Part shown: positions 19,617 through 30,405 of the stretch, piece after piece
How positions within the stretch are numbered: the stretch's first letter is position 1
Layout: every line of letters starts with the position of its first letter
Assembly (NCBI GenBank): GCA_050950765.1
Contig: JBMNIF010000002.1
Location: forward strand, 32,001-96,000
Reading direction: 5' to 3'
Length of the DNA stretch: 64,000 nt
Source: Bdellovibrionota bacterium
Lineage (GTDB): Bacteria; Bdellovibrionota_C; UBA2361; JAAYZI01
Program-made: the position numbers and the translations under genes
The notes under the pieces: model-generated
Databases searched by the model: none
What the model saw: the letters and a program-made list of their open reading frames with translations, nothing else
What the model was told of the DNA's origin: nothing

Positions 19617-20126
19617 CTACTTCCTTATATATTTAAGAAACGTCAAATTTTCAGGAGCGCTCTGTTTTTGCACCACCTTAAATGAATCTTCAAAGTGTGG
19701 GAAGAAAGCATCCCCCTTATGAGATGCAGGCACAAGAGTTATAAAAGCCTCCTCCCAAAAAGGGAGAGTTAATTGATAGATCTGCGCACCGCCTATAATC
19801 CAGAGGTAATCTCCTTGAATAGAGGTGCGTCCTTCTTTTACATCATTTAGATATCCGATTAGATCGTTACAAACTTTTACGCCGCTTGGAAAATCTTCAG
19901 CAGTAATACTTCTTCCTGCTACAATATTTAACCGATTCGGTAGTGGTCTAAACTTCGGGGGTAAAGAATGATAAGTTTTGTGCCCCATTAAGACGGTGTG
20001 TCCTGTTGTTAATTCTGCAAAATGCTTCATATCTTGCGGATAACGCCACGGGATAGTGTTGTCTACCCCGATGACTCGTATCTCATCCATAGCGGCAATT
20101 GCAGCAATTGTTATCTTTTTCATCAA
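19617..20126 (-). CDS. folA: Dihydrofolate reductase
   Basis: Motifs IGVDNTIPW, DMKHF, MGHKTY, PLPNRLN, IIGGAQIY and GDAFFP. Confidence 0.95.
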   Translation of the reverse strand: MMKKITIAAIAAMDEIRVIGVDNTIPWRYPQDMKHFAELTTGHTVLMGHKTYHSLPPKFRPLPNRLNIVAGRSITAEDFPSGVKVCNDLIGYLNDVKEGRTSIQGDYLWIIGGAQIYQLTLPFWEEAFITLVPASHKGDAFFPHFEDSFKVVQKQSAPENLTFLKYIRK

Positions 20127-20623
20127 AACACTTTCCCCTTATTCCATTAAATCATTATTAAAAAATCGATCCCTAACTCCGTATCATAAGAGGTATTTAA
20201 ACTTTCCATATAAAGCAATTTCTTCATCCTCTAAAGTTAGCACCACCATCTTTTTTCGCTCCATTCTCACAATTTTCCATTCTCACAATTTTAAAGAGTA
20301 GATCGGTTGTTTTATACAGACTTTCTAATTCAAATACACCACCTTCTATCACGGCAGTGCTTCCTTATTGGTTATTGTTTGCACAACAAAAAAACCGTAC
20401 TACTAAGAAAAGGATGCTCAACATAAATCATTGTGCATCCTCTTTCATATACAACTTCCTATTCAATTTTCAGGTGTACCCTCCGTCCTATATAAATTAT
20501 TTACCAGCAAGGCTTTATGTATCTTCTTTAATAAATAAATCCAGCTCAACCATCCCAACAACGCCAGTCTTTTCTTCAGAGAAACCTTGAGTTTAAAAAA
20601 CTCTTTTTAAAATTAAACCTATA

Positions 20624-21430
20624 TCAAACTGCAATATCAAACTTAATATGCGGCAACGGATCATAGTCAGTTAATGTAAAGTCTTCATACTTAAAGTTAA
20701 AGATATCTTTAACCTCACGGTTTAAAGTCATCTTCGGTAACGCTCGCGGAGTTCTTGAAAGTTGTTCTTTAGCACCATCTAGATGATTAGAATAGATATG
20801 CAGATCTCCAAAGGTGTGAATAAACTCATACGGAACAAGCCCCGTTACCTGCGCCACCATCATCAACAACAAGGCATAACTTGCTATATTAAACGGCACT
20901 CCTAACATCAGATCAGCGGAGCGTTGATAAAGTTGCAAACTTAAGTTCTTACCGTTAACGTAAAAATGAAATAAGGTATGACACGCTGGTGGCGCAACAA
21001 GTGGTAAATCAGCCGGATTAAATGCTATGACCAAGATACGTCGACTCTCTGGATTTGTTTTAATCTGTGTTATCACATTAGAGATCTGATCAACCGTTCC
21101 ATTCGGTCCCGTCCAACGTCTCCACTGCTTCCCGTAAATCGGTCCCAAGTCTCCATTCTGATCCGCCCATTCATCCCAGATCGTCACCTTATGATCGTTT
21201 AAATATTTTATGTTGGTATCCCCAGCTAGAAACCACAAAAGTTCATGAATAATCGAACGGAGGTGCACCTTCTTCGTTGTTAATAGAGGAAAGCCATCTG
21301 ATAAGGGGAAACGCACCTGCCTACCAAAAACAGAATACGTTCCGACCCCCGTTCTGTCCTTACGAAATGCTTCGTTTACAGGTTGCCCGTTCGTAAGCAC
21401 ATCTTCAACCAGATCTAGATATTGTTTCAT
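20624..21430 (-). CDS. thyA: Thymidylate synthase
   Basis: Motifs DRTGVGT, ELLWFL, PPACH, YQRSAD, GVPFN and HIYSNH. Confidence 0.97.
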   Translation of the reverse strand: MKQYLDLVEDVLTNGQPVNEAFRKDRTGVGTYSVFGRQVRFPLSDGFPLLTTKKVHLRSIIHELLWFLAGDTNIKYLNDHKVTIWDEWADQNGDLGPIYGKQWRRWTGPNGTVDQISNVITQIKTNPESRRILVIAFNPADLPLVAPPACHTLFHFYVNGKNLSLQLYQRSADLMLGVPFNIASYALLLMMVAQVTGLVPYEFIHTFGDLHIYSNHLDGAKEQLSRTPRALPKMTLNREVKDIFNFKYEDFTLTDYDPLPHIKFDIAV

Positions 21431-21936
21431 TACACGCCCCCTTTTAAACAACTTAAAATCAATCTTTTAGAACTACCTCCCAAATCTGCCGGTAACTTCT
21501 CAAACGAGATATCACCCTCCGAATTTAGTGCCAGCGGGAAAAAAGATAGTTCAGCTATCTCAAAACTATGCGGAGCAACCTCTCCTTTAAAATCACGCAC
21601 CTCAAAAAAAACCGCATGATCGTGTTTCCCATCACACCGATTATAAAAAACACCTTTTATCTTAAGAGATTCTTGACTTAGTTTAATCCCCAACTCCTCC
21701 CAAAGTTCACGACAGATCGCTTCCTGTACACTTTCACCTTTTTTGACACCACCCGCTGGTAGATACCAACCTTTTCTGTAACTGTGTCGCACCAAAAGGA
21801 TCTGACCTGATTCATTAAAAATAGCAGCCACCACCCCTAACGTTAGTGGTCGTCTAATCCGATTCCAAATAACTAGCACCTTATAAGCTTGCCTGAAACA
21901 GAACTCAAAAAAGATATTTTGCCTCTTATTCTTCAT
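21430..21936 (-). CDS. NUDIX hydrolase
   Basis: Nudix box [22 protein letters not shown]. Confidence 0.9.
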   Translation of the reverse strand: MKNKRQNIFFEFCFRQAYKVLVIWNRIRRPLTLGVVAAIFNESGQILLVRHSYRKGWYLPAGGVKKGESVQEAICRELWEELGIKLSQESLKIKGVFYNRCDGKHDHAVFFEVRDFKGEVAPHSFEIAELSFFPLALNSEGDISFEKLPADLGGSSKRLILSCLKGGV

Positions 21937-21961
21937 GCTTTTCCATAGAAAACTACAATTT

Positions 21962-24232
21962 TTATCTTTTTATCACACTGTTTAAAGCCGATCCCGCCTT
22001 GAACCACACCACCTGATCAGCGGTTAAGGTATGTTGCAACGGTATCTCATAACTTTCTCCTTGCGACACTCCCTTCAAAATCAACCTTGATTGCGGAGCG
22101 ATCTCTGCGATCCCTTCGATACAAAAAATATCTTCAGCAGAAATTTTTTCATAATCTTCAGGATTAACAAAAGTTAGCGCTAACAACCCCTGCTTCTTCA
22201 GATTAGTTTCATGAATCCTAGCAAAACTCTTCGCAATCACAGCTCGACATCCCAGATAACGGGGCTCCATAGCAGCATGCTCCCTTGAAGAACCCTCTCC
22301 ATAGTTTTCATCAGCAACGATGATCCAACCGACGCCCCTCTCCTTGTAATCAGCAGCAAGCTTAGGGATAGGTTGCCCCTCCTCCCCACTAAATAAATTC
22401 CTGCCACTTCCAACCTCAGCGGTAAAAGCATTCACTGCACCTAAAAGCATATTATTCGAGATATTCGGAAGATGTCCTCTATACTTCAACCAAACTCCCG
22501 CCTGTGAAATATGATCCGTCGTGCACTTTCCTTTAACTTTCAACAATAAACGGAGATCTTGGAAATCCTCTATTTTCCAAACACAGAACGGCTCCAACTT
22601 TGCCAAACGATCACTTTTAGGATCTATCTCCACCTCTATCTTTAAACGTTCTTCGAGCGTCAAGTTCGGTGCTGTAAAACCACTCCGATCTATTTCAAAG
22701 TTTTCTTGCGGAAGAGGTTGCCCTAGTGGAGGGTTAAACGCCACCTCAGATCCAACACTATTTTTCAGCTTATCAGTAACAGGATTAAAAGTTATCCTCC
22801 CTGCTATGGCAGCCATCGTTACAAGCTCAGGAGAGCCGATAAAATTTAAAGTCTCTTCATTGCCATCATTCCGTTTGCGAAAGTTCCTATTATAACTGGT
22901 CACTATTATATTCTGTTTTCCAGCAGTAGCAGGATCTCTCTTCCATTGCCCGATACACGGTCCGCAAGCGTTCGCTAGAACTATCGCTCCCAGATCCAAT
23001 AACGGCTTTAAAAAACCATCTCTCTCAACGGTACGACGTACCTGATCTGAACCGAGAGTAACAAAAAAAGGACATCTCGCTTTTAGTCCATTTTTTAAAG
23101 CTTCCTGCGCCACAGCTGCAGCACGACTGATATCTTCATAAGATGAATTAGTGCAACTTCCTATTAAAGCGGCGCTAATCTGATCAGGATAACTGTTTTC
23201 TGCAATAAAGTGCGGCATCTCCGAAACAGTATGCAGCAGATCGGGCGTGTGTGGTCCAACCCACCCTGCTTCAAGTGTATTTAAATCCACCTCTATGACG
23301 TGATCGAAATACGCTTGCGGATCTTGCTCCACTTCAGGATCTGCTCTCAACTCCCCCCTAACACCATCTGCACACTCCGCTATCAATTCTCTAGCTGTTT
23401 TTCTAAGGTATTGAGACCCTCGCTCGTCATAAGGAAAGATTGAAGCAGTTGCACCGATCTCCGCCCCCATATTAGTGATTGTAGATCGCCCTGTTGCACT
23501 AATTGTTTCAACTCCACTACCGAAATATTCCAAAACTTTTCCCGTGCCGCCCTTCACCTTTAAGATGGAGGCGATACGCAAAATAATATCTTTCGGAGAA
23601 GCCCAAGCACGCAACTTACCTGTCAGATGCACACCGATAATCTCAGGGTTTAAAAGTCCCCACGGCAATCCCGCCATCACATCAACAGCATCCGCACCAC
23701 CTACACCTACGGCGATCATCCCCAACCCTCCACCGTTCGGTGTATGAGAATCTGTCCCTACTATCATCCCCCCTGGAAAAGCGTGTTGCTCGAAAACCAC
23801 CTGATGAATAATACCAGCTCCAGCACGCCAAAATCCGATCCCGTAACGTAGAGCAGCACTCTTTAAGAAAGTATAAACCTCTTCATTCTCCTCAAGAGCC
23901 CTTTCTAAATCTTTTTTTGCACCAACTTCAGCTCTTATTAAGTGATCACAATGGATCGTTGTCGGCACCTGCACACTATCAAGTCCAGCTGTCATAAATT
24001 GCAGCATCGCCATCTGTGCCGTAGCATCCTGCATAATAACCCTATCCGGTGCAAAGATTAATGTATCACGCCCCCGTTGCGGAGCCTCTTGCGGTACCTC
24101 TCGTAAATGAGAGAAAAGAACTTTTTCTGCAAAAGTTAATGGTCTCCCCCAACTTTTACGAATAGCTTCACACCGCTTAGGAAATGCTACATAAAAATTT
24201 CTCACAAAATCACCGTTATCCGCCTCGCTCAT
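21962..24232 (-). CDS. acnA: Aconitate hydratase (mitochondrial-type bacterial subfamily)
   Basis: Motifs DRVIMQDATAQMA, HCDH, GTDSHTPN, IGSCTNSS, NACGPCIG, TTDHIS and YGEGSSREHAA; 756 aa. Confidence 0.93.
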   Translation of the reverse strand: MSEADNGDFVRNFYVAFPKRCEAIRKSWGRPLTFAEKVLFSHLREVPQEAPQRGRDTLIFAPDRVIMQDATAQMAMLQFMTAGLDSVQVPTTIHCDHLIRAEVGAKKDLERALEENEEVYTFLKSAALRYGIGFWRAGAGIIHQVVFEQHAFPGGMIVGTDSHTPNGGGLGMIAVGVGGADAVDVMAGLPWGLLNPEIIGVHLTGKLRAWASPKDIILRIASILKVKGGTGKVLEYFGSGVETISATGRSTITNMGAEIGATASIFPYDERGSQYLRKTARELIAECADGVRGELRADPEVEQDPQAYFDHVIEVDLNTLEAGWVGPHTPDLLHTVSEMPHFIAENSYPDQISAALIGSCTNSSYEDISRAAAVAQEALKNGLKARCPFFVTLGSDQVRRTVERDGFLKPLLDLGAIVLANACGPCIGQWKRDPATAGKQNIIVTSYNRNFRKRNDGNEETLNFIGSPELVTMAAIAGRITFNPVTDKLKNSVGSEVAFNPPLGQPLPQENFEIDRSGFTAPNLTLEERLKIEVEIDPKSDRLAKLEPFCVWKIEDFQDLRLLLKVKGKCTTDHISQAGVWLKYRGHLPNISNNMLLGAVNAFTAEVGSGRNLFSGEEGQPIPKLAADYKERGVGWIIVADENYGEGSSREHAAMEPRYLGCRAVIAKSFARIHETNLKKQGLLALTFVNPEDYEKISAEDIFCIEGIAEIAPQSRLILKGVSQGESYEIPLQHTLTADQVVWFKAGSALNSVIKR

Positions 24233-24509
24233 ATCACAACCTTTCTCTAAAATACCCGCACACCTTAATTTATATTGCCTTATTGGTCATTAAATTAAAT
24301 AAAAATAAAAGCAGCTGAAAATATTAAATTTATAAATAAAATCAATATATTGAAAGCTATTAAGAAAAAACTAGCCGCTTTTTATGCGATGCCTGATAAG
24401 GTACGTTAAAATAATAGGTTCTGTCGATACATTGATTAAAAAAGTATTAAGGAAAGATCTCGCTACTGTTGAAATCTGACACTCTCTGGTCTAATATGCG
24501 CCCGATTAC

Positions 24510-24584
24510 GGGCGGTTAGCGCAGTGGTAGCGCACCTGCTTCACACGCAGGGGGGCATTGGTTCGAATCCAATATCGCCCACCA
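24510..24584 (+). tRNA. tRNA-Val(CAC)
   Basis: Acceptor stem GGGCGGT/ATCGCCC, anticodon arm CCTGC-TTCACAC-GCAGG, GGTTCGAATCC, CCA end. Confidence 0.96.
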
Positions 24585-25184
24585 TTATAAAAAAGCTAAT
24601 GAATTTACCGGTTTTGTATTTTTTTATTTTAATTTTACCGAATTATACAACATTTTTGCTTAACTCCCCATAACAACTTAGAATAGTACAGTAACGCTGT
24701 TCTCTTGCAGATCTTTTCACGGAGGGATCTGCAAGACTGCAAGTGATGCTGTAAGGTTATTCTCACAGGTTAGTCGAAGGTGTTTTTTGAGTGTTAAATT
24801 TTCAACAGAAGATTTATCTACTTTGCCCCTATCGGATCTATCAAGAACTTAGTAACGGGATATAAAAAAAACCGTTTTGGCACACTGTTTTTGGTTGTTG
24901 TTTTTGATTGGTGCGATAGGAGCAAAGTGATATGATATGCTGTTGAGTCTTCGGTTACTTGAATATCATTTAATGATATTTTGACTACACTGAAGATCTT
25001 GAGGTCTTGGTTGATATTTTTTTTATCAATTTGAGGTTACTGAGGTTCGTTTTTCGAGCGTTAGTTCTGCATAATCACTTCGCAGTCTCTCCATTTTTTT
25101 CTCTCTTTCCTTATTCTTAAACACTTTCAAAATTCTTTCGATTTTTTATCCTTCAATTATTTTTTCTAATTATTTTTTCTCGAG

Positions 25185-25727
25185 TTTTTATAGATCCCCA
25201 CTATGTGCATCTTATAAGAAGAAAAAGTGCGGCTTCTATGGGAGATATTACCTCTTAACATACGTAAGGGGAAAAGTTTGGGATAGAATCCAAACTTTTT
25301 TGCTTATGAGACAGGTCTTCTCTGATGTTATCCAGATCGTCACGACGCAACTCTTCTTATAGAACCCTAACTTTTCTACCGTTTTGATATACGTATTTAG
25401 GTATGTAAAGAAAAGAGTTGCGTCTTATTAACGGGAGATATTACCTCTTTTTTATAGATCCCCACTATATGCATATTATAAGAAGAAAAGGTGCGGCTTC
25501 TGCCGTAGACGCAACTCTTCTTATAGAACCCTAACTTTTCTACCGTTTTGATATACGTATTTAAGTATGTAAAGAAAAGAGTTGCGTCTTATTAACGGGA
25601 GATATTACCTCTTTTTTATAGATCTCCACTATGTGCATATTATAAGAAGAAACGGTGCGGCTTCTATGGGAGATATTACCTCTTAACATACGTAAGGGGA
25701 AAAGTTTGGGATAGAATCCAAACTTTT
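25185..25727. repeat. Second mosaic repeat family, arranged A-B-x-C-A-C-A-B; C is an 81-bp element with 12-bp TIRs
   Basis: C at 25344-25424 and 25508-25588 (GACGCAACTCTT...AAGAGTTGCGTC). A occurs 3 times (TTTATAGATCCCCACTAT...GTGCGGCTTCT). B occurs twice and ends in the hairpin AAAAGTTTGG...CCAAACTTTT. Confidence 0.85.
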
Positions 25728-25775
25728 CTGTAATTTACGTATCTCTACGTAGAAACCGTTTAGAAACAAGCCAAG

Positions 25776-26459
25776 TTAATTTTCGATGATTACTTCAACA
25801 CGTCTGTTTCTGGCACGTCCCTCGTCTGTACGATTCGTAGCAATAGGTCTTGATTCCCCAAAGCCTACGGAACGAATACGAGTGTCAGAGACACTATTCC
25901 TTACCAATTCGCTAGCAACTGCAGTAGCACGTCTCTCTGAAAGAATTTGATTATAAGCGATGCTACCAACAGAATCAGCGTGCCCTTCAACCGAGATAGT
26001 CCGATTCGGATAATCATTAACAACACGCGCTATCTCACTTACAGCACGTACAGCATCAGGTCTGAGATCTGCTCGATTAAATTCAAAAAGAACATCAGGC
26101 AAGTTCACCACCACCCCTCGTTGAGTTGTTCTAACATCAGCGCCACGCCGCCTAAGTTCATTAATCATGCGACGGTTTTCTTCAAGCATCTGATCGCGCG
26201 CTGAGATTCTAGCATCCATCTCTGCTAATTCCCGATTTTGTCGGTCGTATTGACTCCCAACAAGAGCACCACCTAAAGCACCACTAGCAGCTCCAATGGC
26301 AACACCTGCACCGGTATGCCCTGTTTCATGACCGATAATAGCCCCCAAACCGGCACCAAGCGCACCACCGGTAAGAGCGCCACCTTCAGTAGCCCCCATC
26401 TGTCCATTTTCACAAGCCATAAGAGAAAAACAGAATAAAAACACAACTAACTTCTTCAT
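25776..26459 (-). CDS. OmpA-family lipoprotein with glycine zipper
   Basis: Lipobox LMAC, GxxxG zipper, and OmpA domain motifs VEGHADS, LSERRA and NRRVEV. Confidence 0.92.
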   Translation of the reverse strand: MKKLVVFLFCFSLMACENGQMGATEGGALTGGALGAGLGAIIGHETGHTGAGVAIGAASGALGGALVGSQYDRQNRELAEMDARISARDQMLEENRRMINELRRRGADVRTTQRGVVVNLPDVLFEFNRADLRPDAVRAVSEIARVVNDYPNRTISVEGHADSVGSIAYNQILSERRATAVASELVRNSVSDTRIRSVGFGESRPIATNRTDEGRARNRRVEVIIEN

Positions 26460-26518
26460 CAGAGGCACCTCATTCAATATTTAAACTTTATATAAGGAAA
26501 AAGTATTACAACTTCAAA

Positions 26519-27736
26519 TCAGTATTCTTCATGAGACGTATCAGAAATCCTTAAGATCTCAAGATTCTCAGCTGCTTTAGTAAACCCTGAATCTAAGTCT
26601 AAAGCTTTTTTAAACTCATATTCAGCATCCGACCTTCTTTCTAAAGATAGATAAACCTCTCCCAGTGCATTGTGATAACGCGGATTGTAAGGACAGAGCC
26701 GTAAGGCACGCCGATAATGGAATAATCGATCTGGTAACGATGTTGCCTGCTCAGCACTAGTCTCCTCTTTTTTAGCTTCTACACAATCATCATTATAGCC
26801 ACTATAATAATCATCATTATCAGTAACGTTATCGTTAATGGATGCCGCCTTTAATTCAGGTAATAACTGCACCACATTCGGATCATTAGCAGGCGCTGCC
26901 TTTGTTTCGGATGTTTTTTCAACTTTAGCCTGTTCCTTTAAAAGTGATTTCCCTTGATCCCTCCAAGCATATCCAGCACGTGCCGTATCCTCAATCTTAT
27001 CAGGCGTTGTCATAGTCGATTTTGTTGCCGTGCCAAAAACACCAGCATCTACCCTTGTTGGAAGAGAAACTGGAGTGACCTCTTTCTCTACGGCAAAAGC
27101 GACCTCCGGACTTTGCGTTTCAGCTATAACGGGCGCCTTGTAAGTATTATTAAGCGCCGTGTTCGTGTTGCTATTTTCATTCAATACAGTCGTAGCCGGT
27201 TTAGGAAACTGTGAAGGTGTTCCGAAATTGGCAGTATTGTTATAAGCAACACCTGCGGCATTTCCATAAGACCCACTCCTATACGAATTGGAAAAAGCAT
27301 TTTGCCGTCCCCAACTGTTGGTACCGTTATTAAAACTACTCCTATTTAAATTGAAGCTATTATAAGGCGAGAGTGTGTTTCTTGAATAATCTCTGTAAGC
27401 CACCTGATCTTGACTCATGCGACGCAACTCTTCAATTTGCCCCTGTTGCTCACGAATCTGTCGATCTTGCCTTGCAAGCGCCTCTTCCTGATTTCTAATA
27501 GTTTTTTCTTGAGCTTCAAGAACATTCCCTAACGCTGATCCCGCCCCTGCACCGGCTAGAGAACCGATTACGAAACCACTTCCGGCATCACCCGTTTGGC
27601 TGCCGATAATAGCACCGACTCCAGCACCAAAAGCACCACCAGCTGCCGCCCCCACCGCAGTTGTCTTCCCTGGTTCCGTACACGCTGCTGTCAATAATAT
27701 TAAACCGATAAAAACGGTAATCTGATTACTCTTCAT
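26519..27736 (-). CDS. Glycine-zipper lipoprotein with coiled coil and C-terminal TPR
   Basis: Lipobox TAAC, GxxxG zipper, Q/E/R coiled coil, and TPR YHNALGEVY...AEYEFKKALDLD. Confidence 0.8.
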   Translation of the reverse strand: MKSNQITVFIGLILLTAACTEPGKTTAVGAAAGGAFGAGVGAIIGSQTGDAGSGFVIGSLAGAGAGSALGNVLEAQEKTIRNQEEALARQDRQIREQQGQIEELRRMSQDQVAYRDYSRNTLSPYNSFNLNRSSFNNGTNSWGRQNAFSNSYRSGSYGNAAGVAYNNTANFGTPSQFPKPATTVLNENSNTNTALNNTYKAPVIAETQSPEVAFAVEKEVTPVSLPTRVDAGVFGTATKSTMTTPDKIEDTARAGYAWRDQGKSLLKEQAKVEKTSETKAAPANDPNVVQLLPELKAASINDNVTDNDDYYSGYNDDCVEAKKEETSAEQATSLPDRLFHYRRALRLCPYNPRYHNALGEVYLSLERRSDAEYEFKKALDLDSGFTKAAENLEILRISDTSHEEY

Positions 27737-27766
27737 AAAACACCCTACCACAGAAAAAAAATTAAC

Positions 27767-28135
27767 CTACTCAAAACGCCGTACCGACTCATTATGGTAT
27801 TGTTGACGTTTCAGATCTTGAACCTCCCTATCCTGTCGCTTAATCTCCTCCTGTTGTCTACGGATGATCTCTTCCTGTTCGGCAACGATCGCTTCGTTGT
27901 CCTTAGCACCATCCACCACAGCCCCGACTGCCGCTCCCGTGATCATTCCAGTGCCTGCTCCGATTAAAGCGCCCTCTCCTTTATGTCCCGATTGATTCCC
28001 TATAATCGCACCTGCTCCGGCACCTGTCACAGTACCGATTGCAGCGCCCTCAGCCATAGGGCTTGGATCACCACCTGAACAGGCAACACACGATAAAACC
28101 ACCGCAACCACCGCAAAAAAACGAAAGCTATCCAT
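27767..28135 (-). CDS. Small glycine-zipper lipoprotein with coiled coil
   Basis: Lipobox VACS, GAAIGTVTGAGAGAIIG, and a coiled-coil tail. Confidence 0.8.
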   Translation of the reverse strand: MDSFRFFAVVAVVLSCVACSGGDPSPMAEGAAIGTVTGAGAGAIIGNQSGHKGEGALIGAGTGMITGAAVGAVVDGAKDNEAIVAEQEEIIRRQQEEIKRQDREVQDLKRQQYHNESVRRFE

Positions 28136-28337
28136 AGACACAACACCCACTAAAATAGGATCAAAAAAGTTCAACTCTTAATAAAAAATCCGTCACAGTA
28201 ACTTTACACAAAGAACACCAAACGGAACAGCATAAATATGCACTTTAATAAAAAAAGATCTGATATATTTAGAAAAGAGATACCTTTTAAAGTGATCTTT
28301 GCAAGGAGAACCGTTGTGAATAATGAAACGTCACTCG

Positions 28338-28820
28338 CTACACTTTATGTTTGGTAGGTTTTAAAAGAAGAATAAAAACACCGATACAAACTGCACTATC
28401 AGCTACATTAAACGCTGGCCAGTGTATGTTTTTATAATACACGTCAATGAAATCAACGACTTGACCATAACAGATCCTATCGATAACATTACCTATGGCA
28501 CCACCAACAACTAATGCCATAGCAAAATGAGCTATAAAATCATCTTTAAAGTGTCTCTTTAAAAAGTACACTATCATAAGTAGCGCCAAAACCGTTCCAC
28601 TGTTGATAATTAGATGCCTCCACAGATCAGTCAACTCTGAAAGCAAGCCAAAGGCGATCCCTTTATTAAAAGTTAAAGTGAGGTTTAAAAACGACGGAAT
28701 TATCGGAACAACAACTCCTTCAGGGATATTTTTTAGTACCAGAATTTTTGTAACCTGATCTAACACCGTAACAAATACAGCTAAAAGCCATAATAATCGA
28801 AAGCGGTTTTTTCCACTCAT
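28338..28820 (-). CDS. lspA: Signal peptidase II
   Basis: Motifs DQVTK, NKGIAFG, GGAIGNVIDR, VVDF and FNVADS. Confidence 0.96.
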   Translation of the reverse strand: MSGKNRFRLLWLLAVFVTVLDQVTKILVLKNIPEGVVVPIIPSFLNLTLTFNKGIAFGLLSELTDLWRHLIINSGTVLALLMIVYFLKRHFKDDFIAHFAMALVVGGAIGNVIDRICYGQVVDFIDVYYKNIHWPAFNVADSAVCIGVFILLLKPTKHKV

Positions 28821-28862
28821 TGCAAAGCCCCTCTATTGTACCCAGCCCACTATATATTTTAA

Positions 28863-30203
28863 TTATTGTTCCTCTTGAGATTTACGGAACTTTTCAGCAG
28901 CGAGTTGATCTATGGAGATAGCAACTACCTTACCATCAACACTCCCTGCCACTATCTCCGCTTCTTTCGTAAAAGTCAGCACCCTCAAGTTAGTCGCCTT
29001 TATCTCGTATTCAAGAGCGAGCTCATACTCCACCAATCGCCCCTCTTTCTCCCTTTTTCGCCAAACTTTCAACATACCATCACGGGCAATAGTTGCAACT
29101 CTATCCCCTTCCGGACTAATGGCGATGTCGTATATCATCCCGTCATGTGCTTGAATATCGACAACTTTTGATAATCCCCGCACCTGCCAGACCTCAACAC
29201 TTCCATCTTGCGCGCTAAGCACCAAAAATTGCCCGTTTTGACTGATTTTTATACGATCAATTCTCTCTCCCGCATTACGCGCCGCACTCTTTAAAGCGGG
29301 AACATTTGCAAAAAAACGCGTTCCGAAAAGGTTTTCATCATATTCGCCTTTATAGGCATCTGAACCATACACCAACCACGCCTTTAAATTCCCCACCCAA
29401 TCACCGCTAAAAAAGAGCCTGCCGTACGGATGAAAAGCCACCGCACTCACAACACTGGGATGCCCGTGATAACGATCTAGCCCTGCCGTTCCTACCCGTC
29501 CCCCTCTTAGGGGTTCTTGCGGATTAAACGCCCAACGATAAACCTTACTATCCGTCGCACCGATTATGATTGATCGTGCTTCCGGATCAAAAGCCATAGA
29601 AACTGCGTTAGCTGCTAACTTAGAAAGCTCAAAAGGCCCTTTAGATCCCGCCATTATCGGTAAAATTATAATTCTCGACCCTTTAGATATTCCGATATAG
29701 GCACCATTTGTAGAAAAGACTGCGACACCAGGTTTTTCCGGTAAGAAAAACATCCTCCTTCTCATTTTTCTACGCAGATCCCAAACCGAGACCTCCCCCT
29801 CTGAATCAAGGGATAAAACGAAGCTTCGTCCACTACAATCTCTAACTACCTGTAATGCTTTAATATACCCTCTTGCGGCGCTAGTTGTGTATGTGCCGTC
29901 CTGCCATCCGTTGTAACAATTTTCCGATATATTCTGTTTTTCTCTCTCGGCAAACGGTTTATTACTGCTTTGTGCATCTTTTCTTGCGACTAGCGGTTGA
30001 CGGATCGTTGAATCCTCCATAAACTCAGCACCGACTTCGATCCTATCACCACTCGGTTGAACACGGTTTCTAACCGTTTGAGGGCTCTCTGAGAAGATAT
30101 CAAGCGGTTGAAGATTAGCGCAAGCACTTAAACAAGCGCTGCTGAAAACCGAGATAACCGTGATAACGATTAGATGTTTATAATTTAAGAGTTTATGATT
30201 CAT
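28863..30203 (-). CDS. WD40-repeat beta-propeller protein, probable lipoprotein
   Basis: LSAC lipobox-like motif; repeats GH...VAFHP, AHDG...IAISP and V/LxxW[D/R/Q]. Confidence 0.8.
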   Translation of the reverse strand: MNHKLLNYKHLIVITVISVFSSACLSACANLQPLDIFSESPQTVRNRVQPSGDRIEVGAEFMEDSTIRQPLVARKDAQSSNKPFAEREKQNISENCYNGWQDGTYTTSAARGYIKALQVVRDCSGRSFVLSLDSEGEVSVWDLRRKMRRRMFFLPEKPGVAVFSTNGAYIGISKGSRIIILPIMAGSKGPFELSKLAANAVSMAFDPEARSIIIGATDSKVYRWAFNPQEPLRGGRVGTAGLDRYHGHPSVVSAVAFHPYGRLFFSGDWVGNLKAWLVYGSDAYKGEYDENLFGTRFFANVPALKSAARNAGERIDRIKISQNGQFLVLSAQDGSVEVWQVRGLSKVVDIQAHDGMIYDIAISPEGDRVATIARDGMLKVWRKREKEGRLVEYELALEYEIKATNLRVLTFTKEAEIVAGSVDGKVVAISIDQLAAEKFRKSQEEQ

Positions 30204-30405
30204 AGAGTCTCTGCCTAGCACGATTTTTGAAGTTGTACCATAACATGGTGAAAAATAATTGGCTAAGGAGATATTTTGACATCAAAAAAGGGCTTTATTA
30301 TCGTCTTTTAGGATCGTAGTGTAAGTTTTTACATCATTGATATGTTGTGGTGTTATTGCTATGCACACGCAACAATTATAGTTTTAGCAAATCCAAAGGA
30401 AAGAG

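Noticed and set aside
20127..20623. Gene or ncRNA in the 0.5-kb thyA-folA gap
   Set aside because: The ORFs are short and unconvincing; one hairpin near 20410-20445 is insufficient evidence.
24585..25180. Prophage or island integrated at tRNA-Val, or a degraded gene after it
   Set aside because: I found no integrase and no duplicated tRNA 3' end; only short minus-strand ORF scraps and one hairpin (24703-24736) that I cannot assign.
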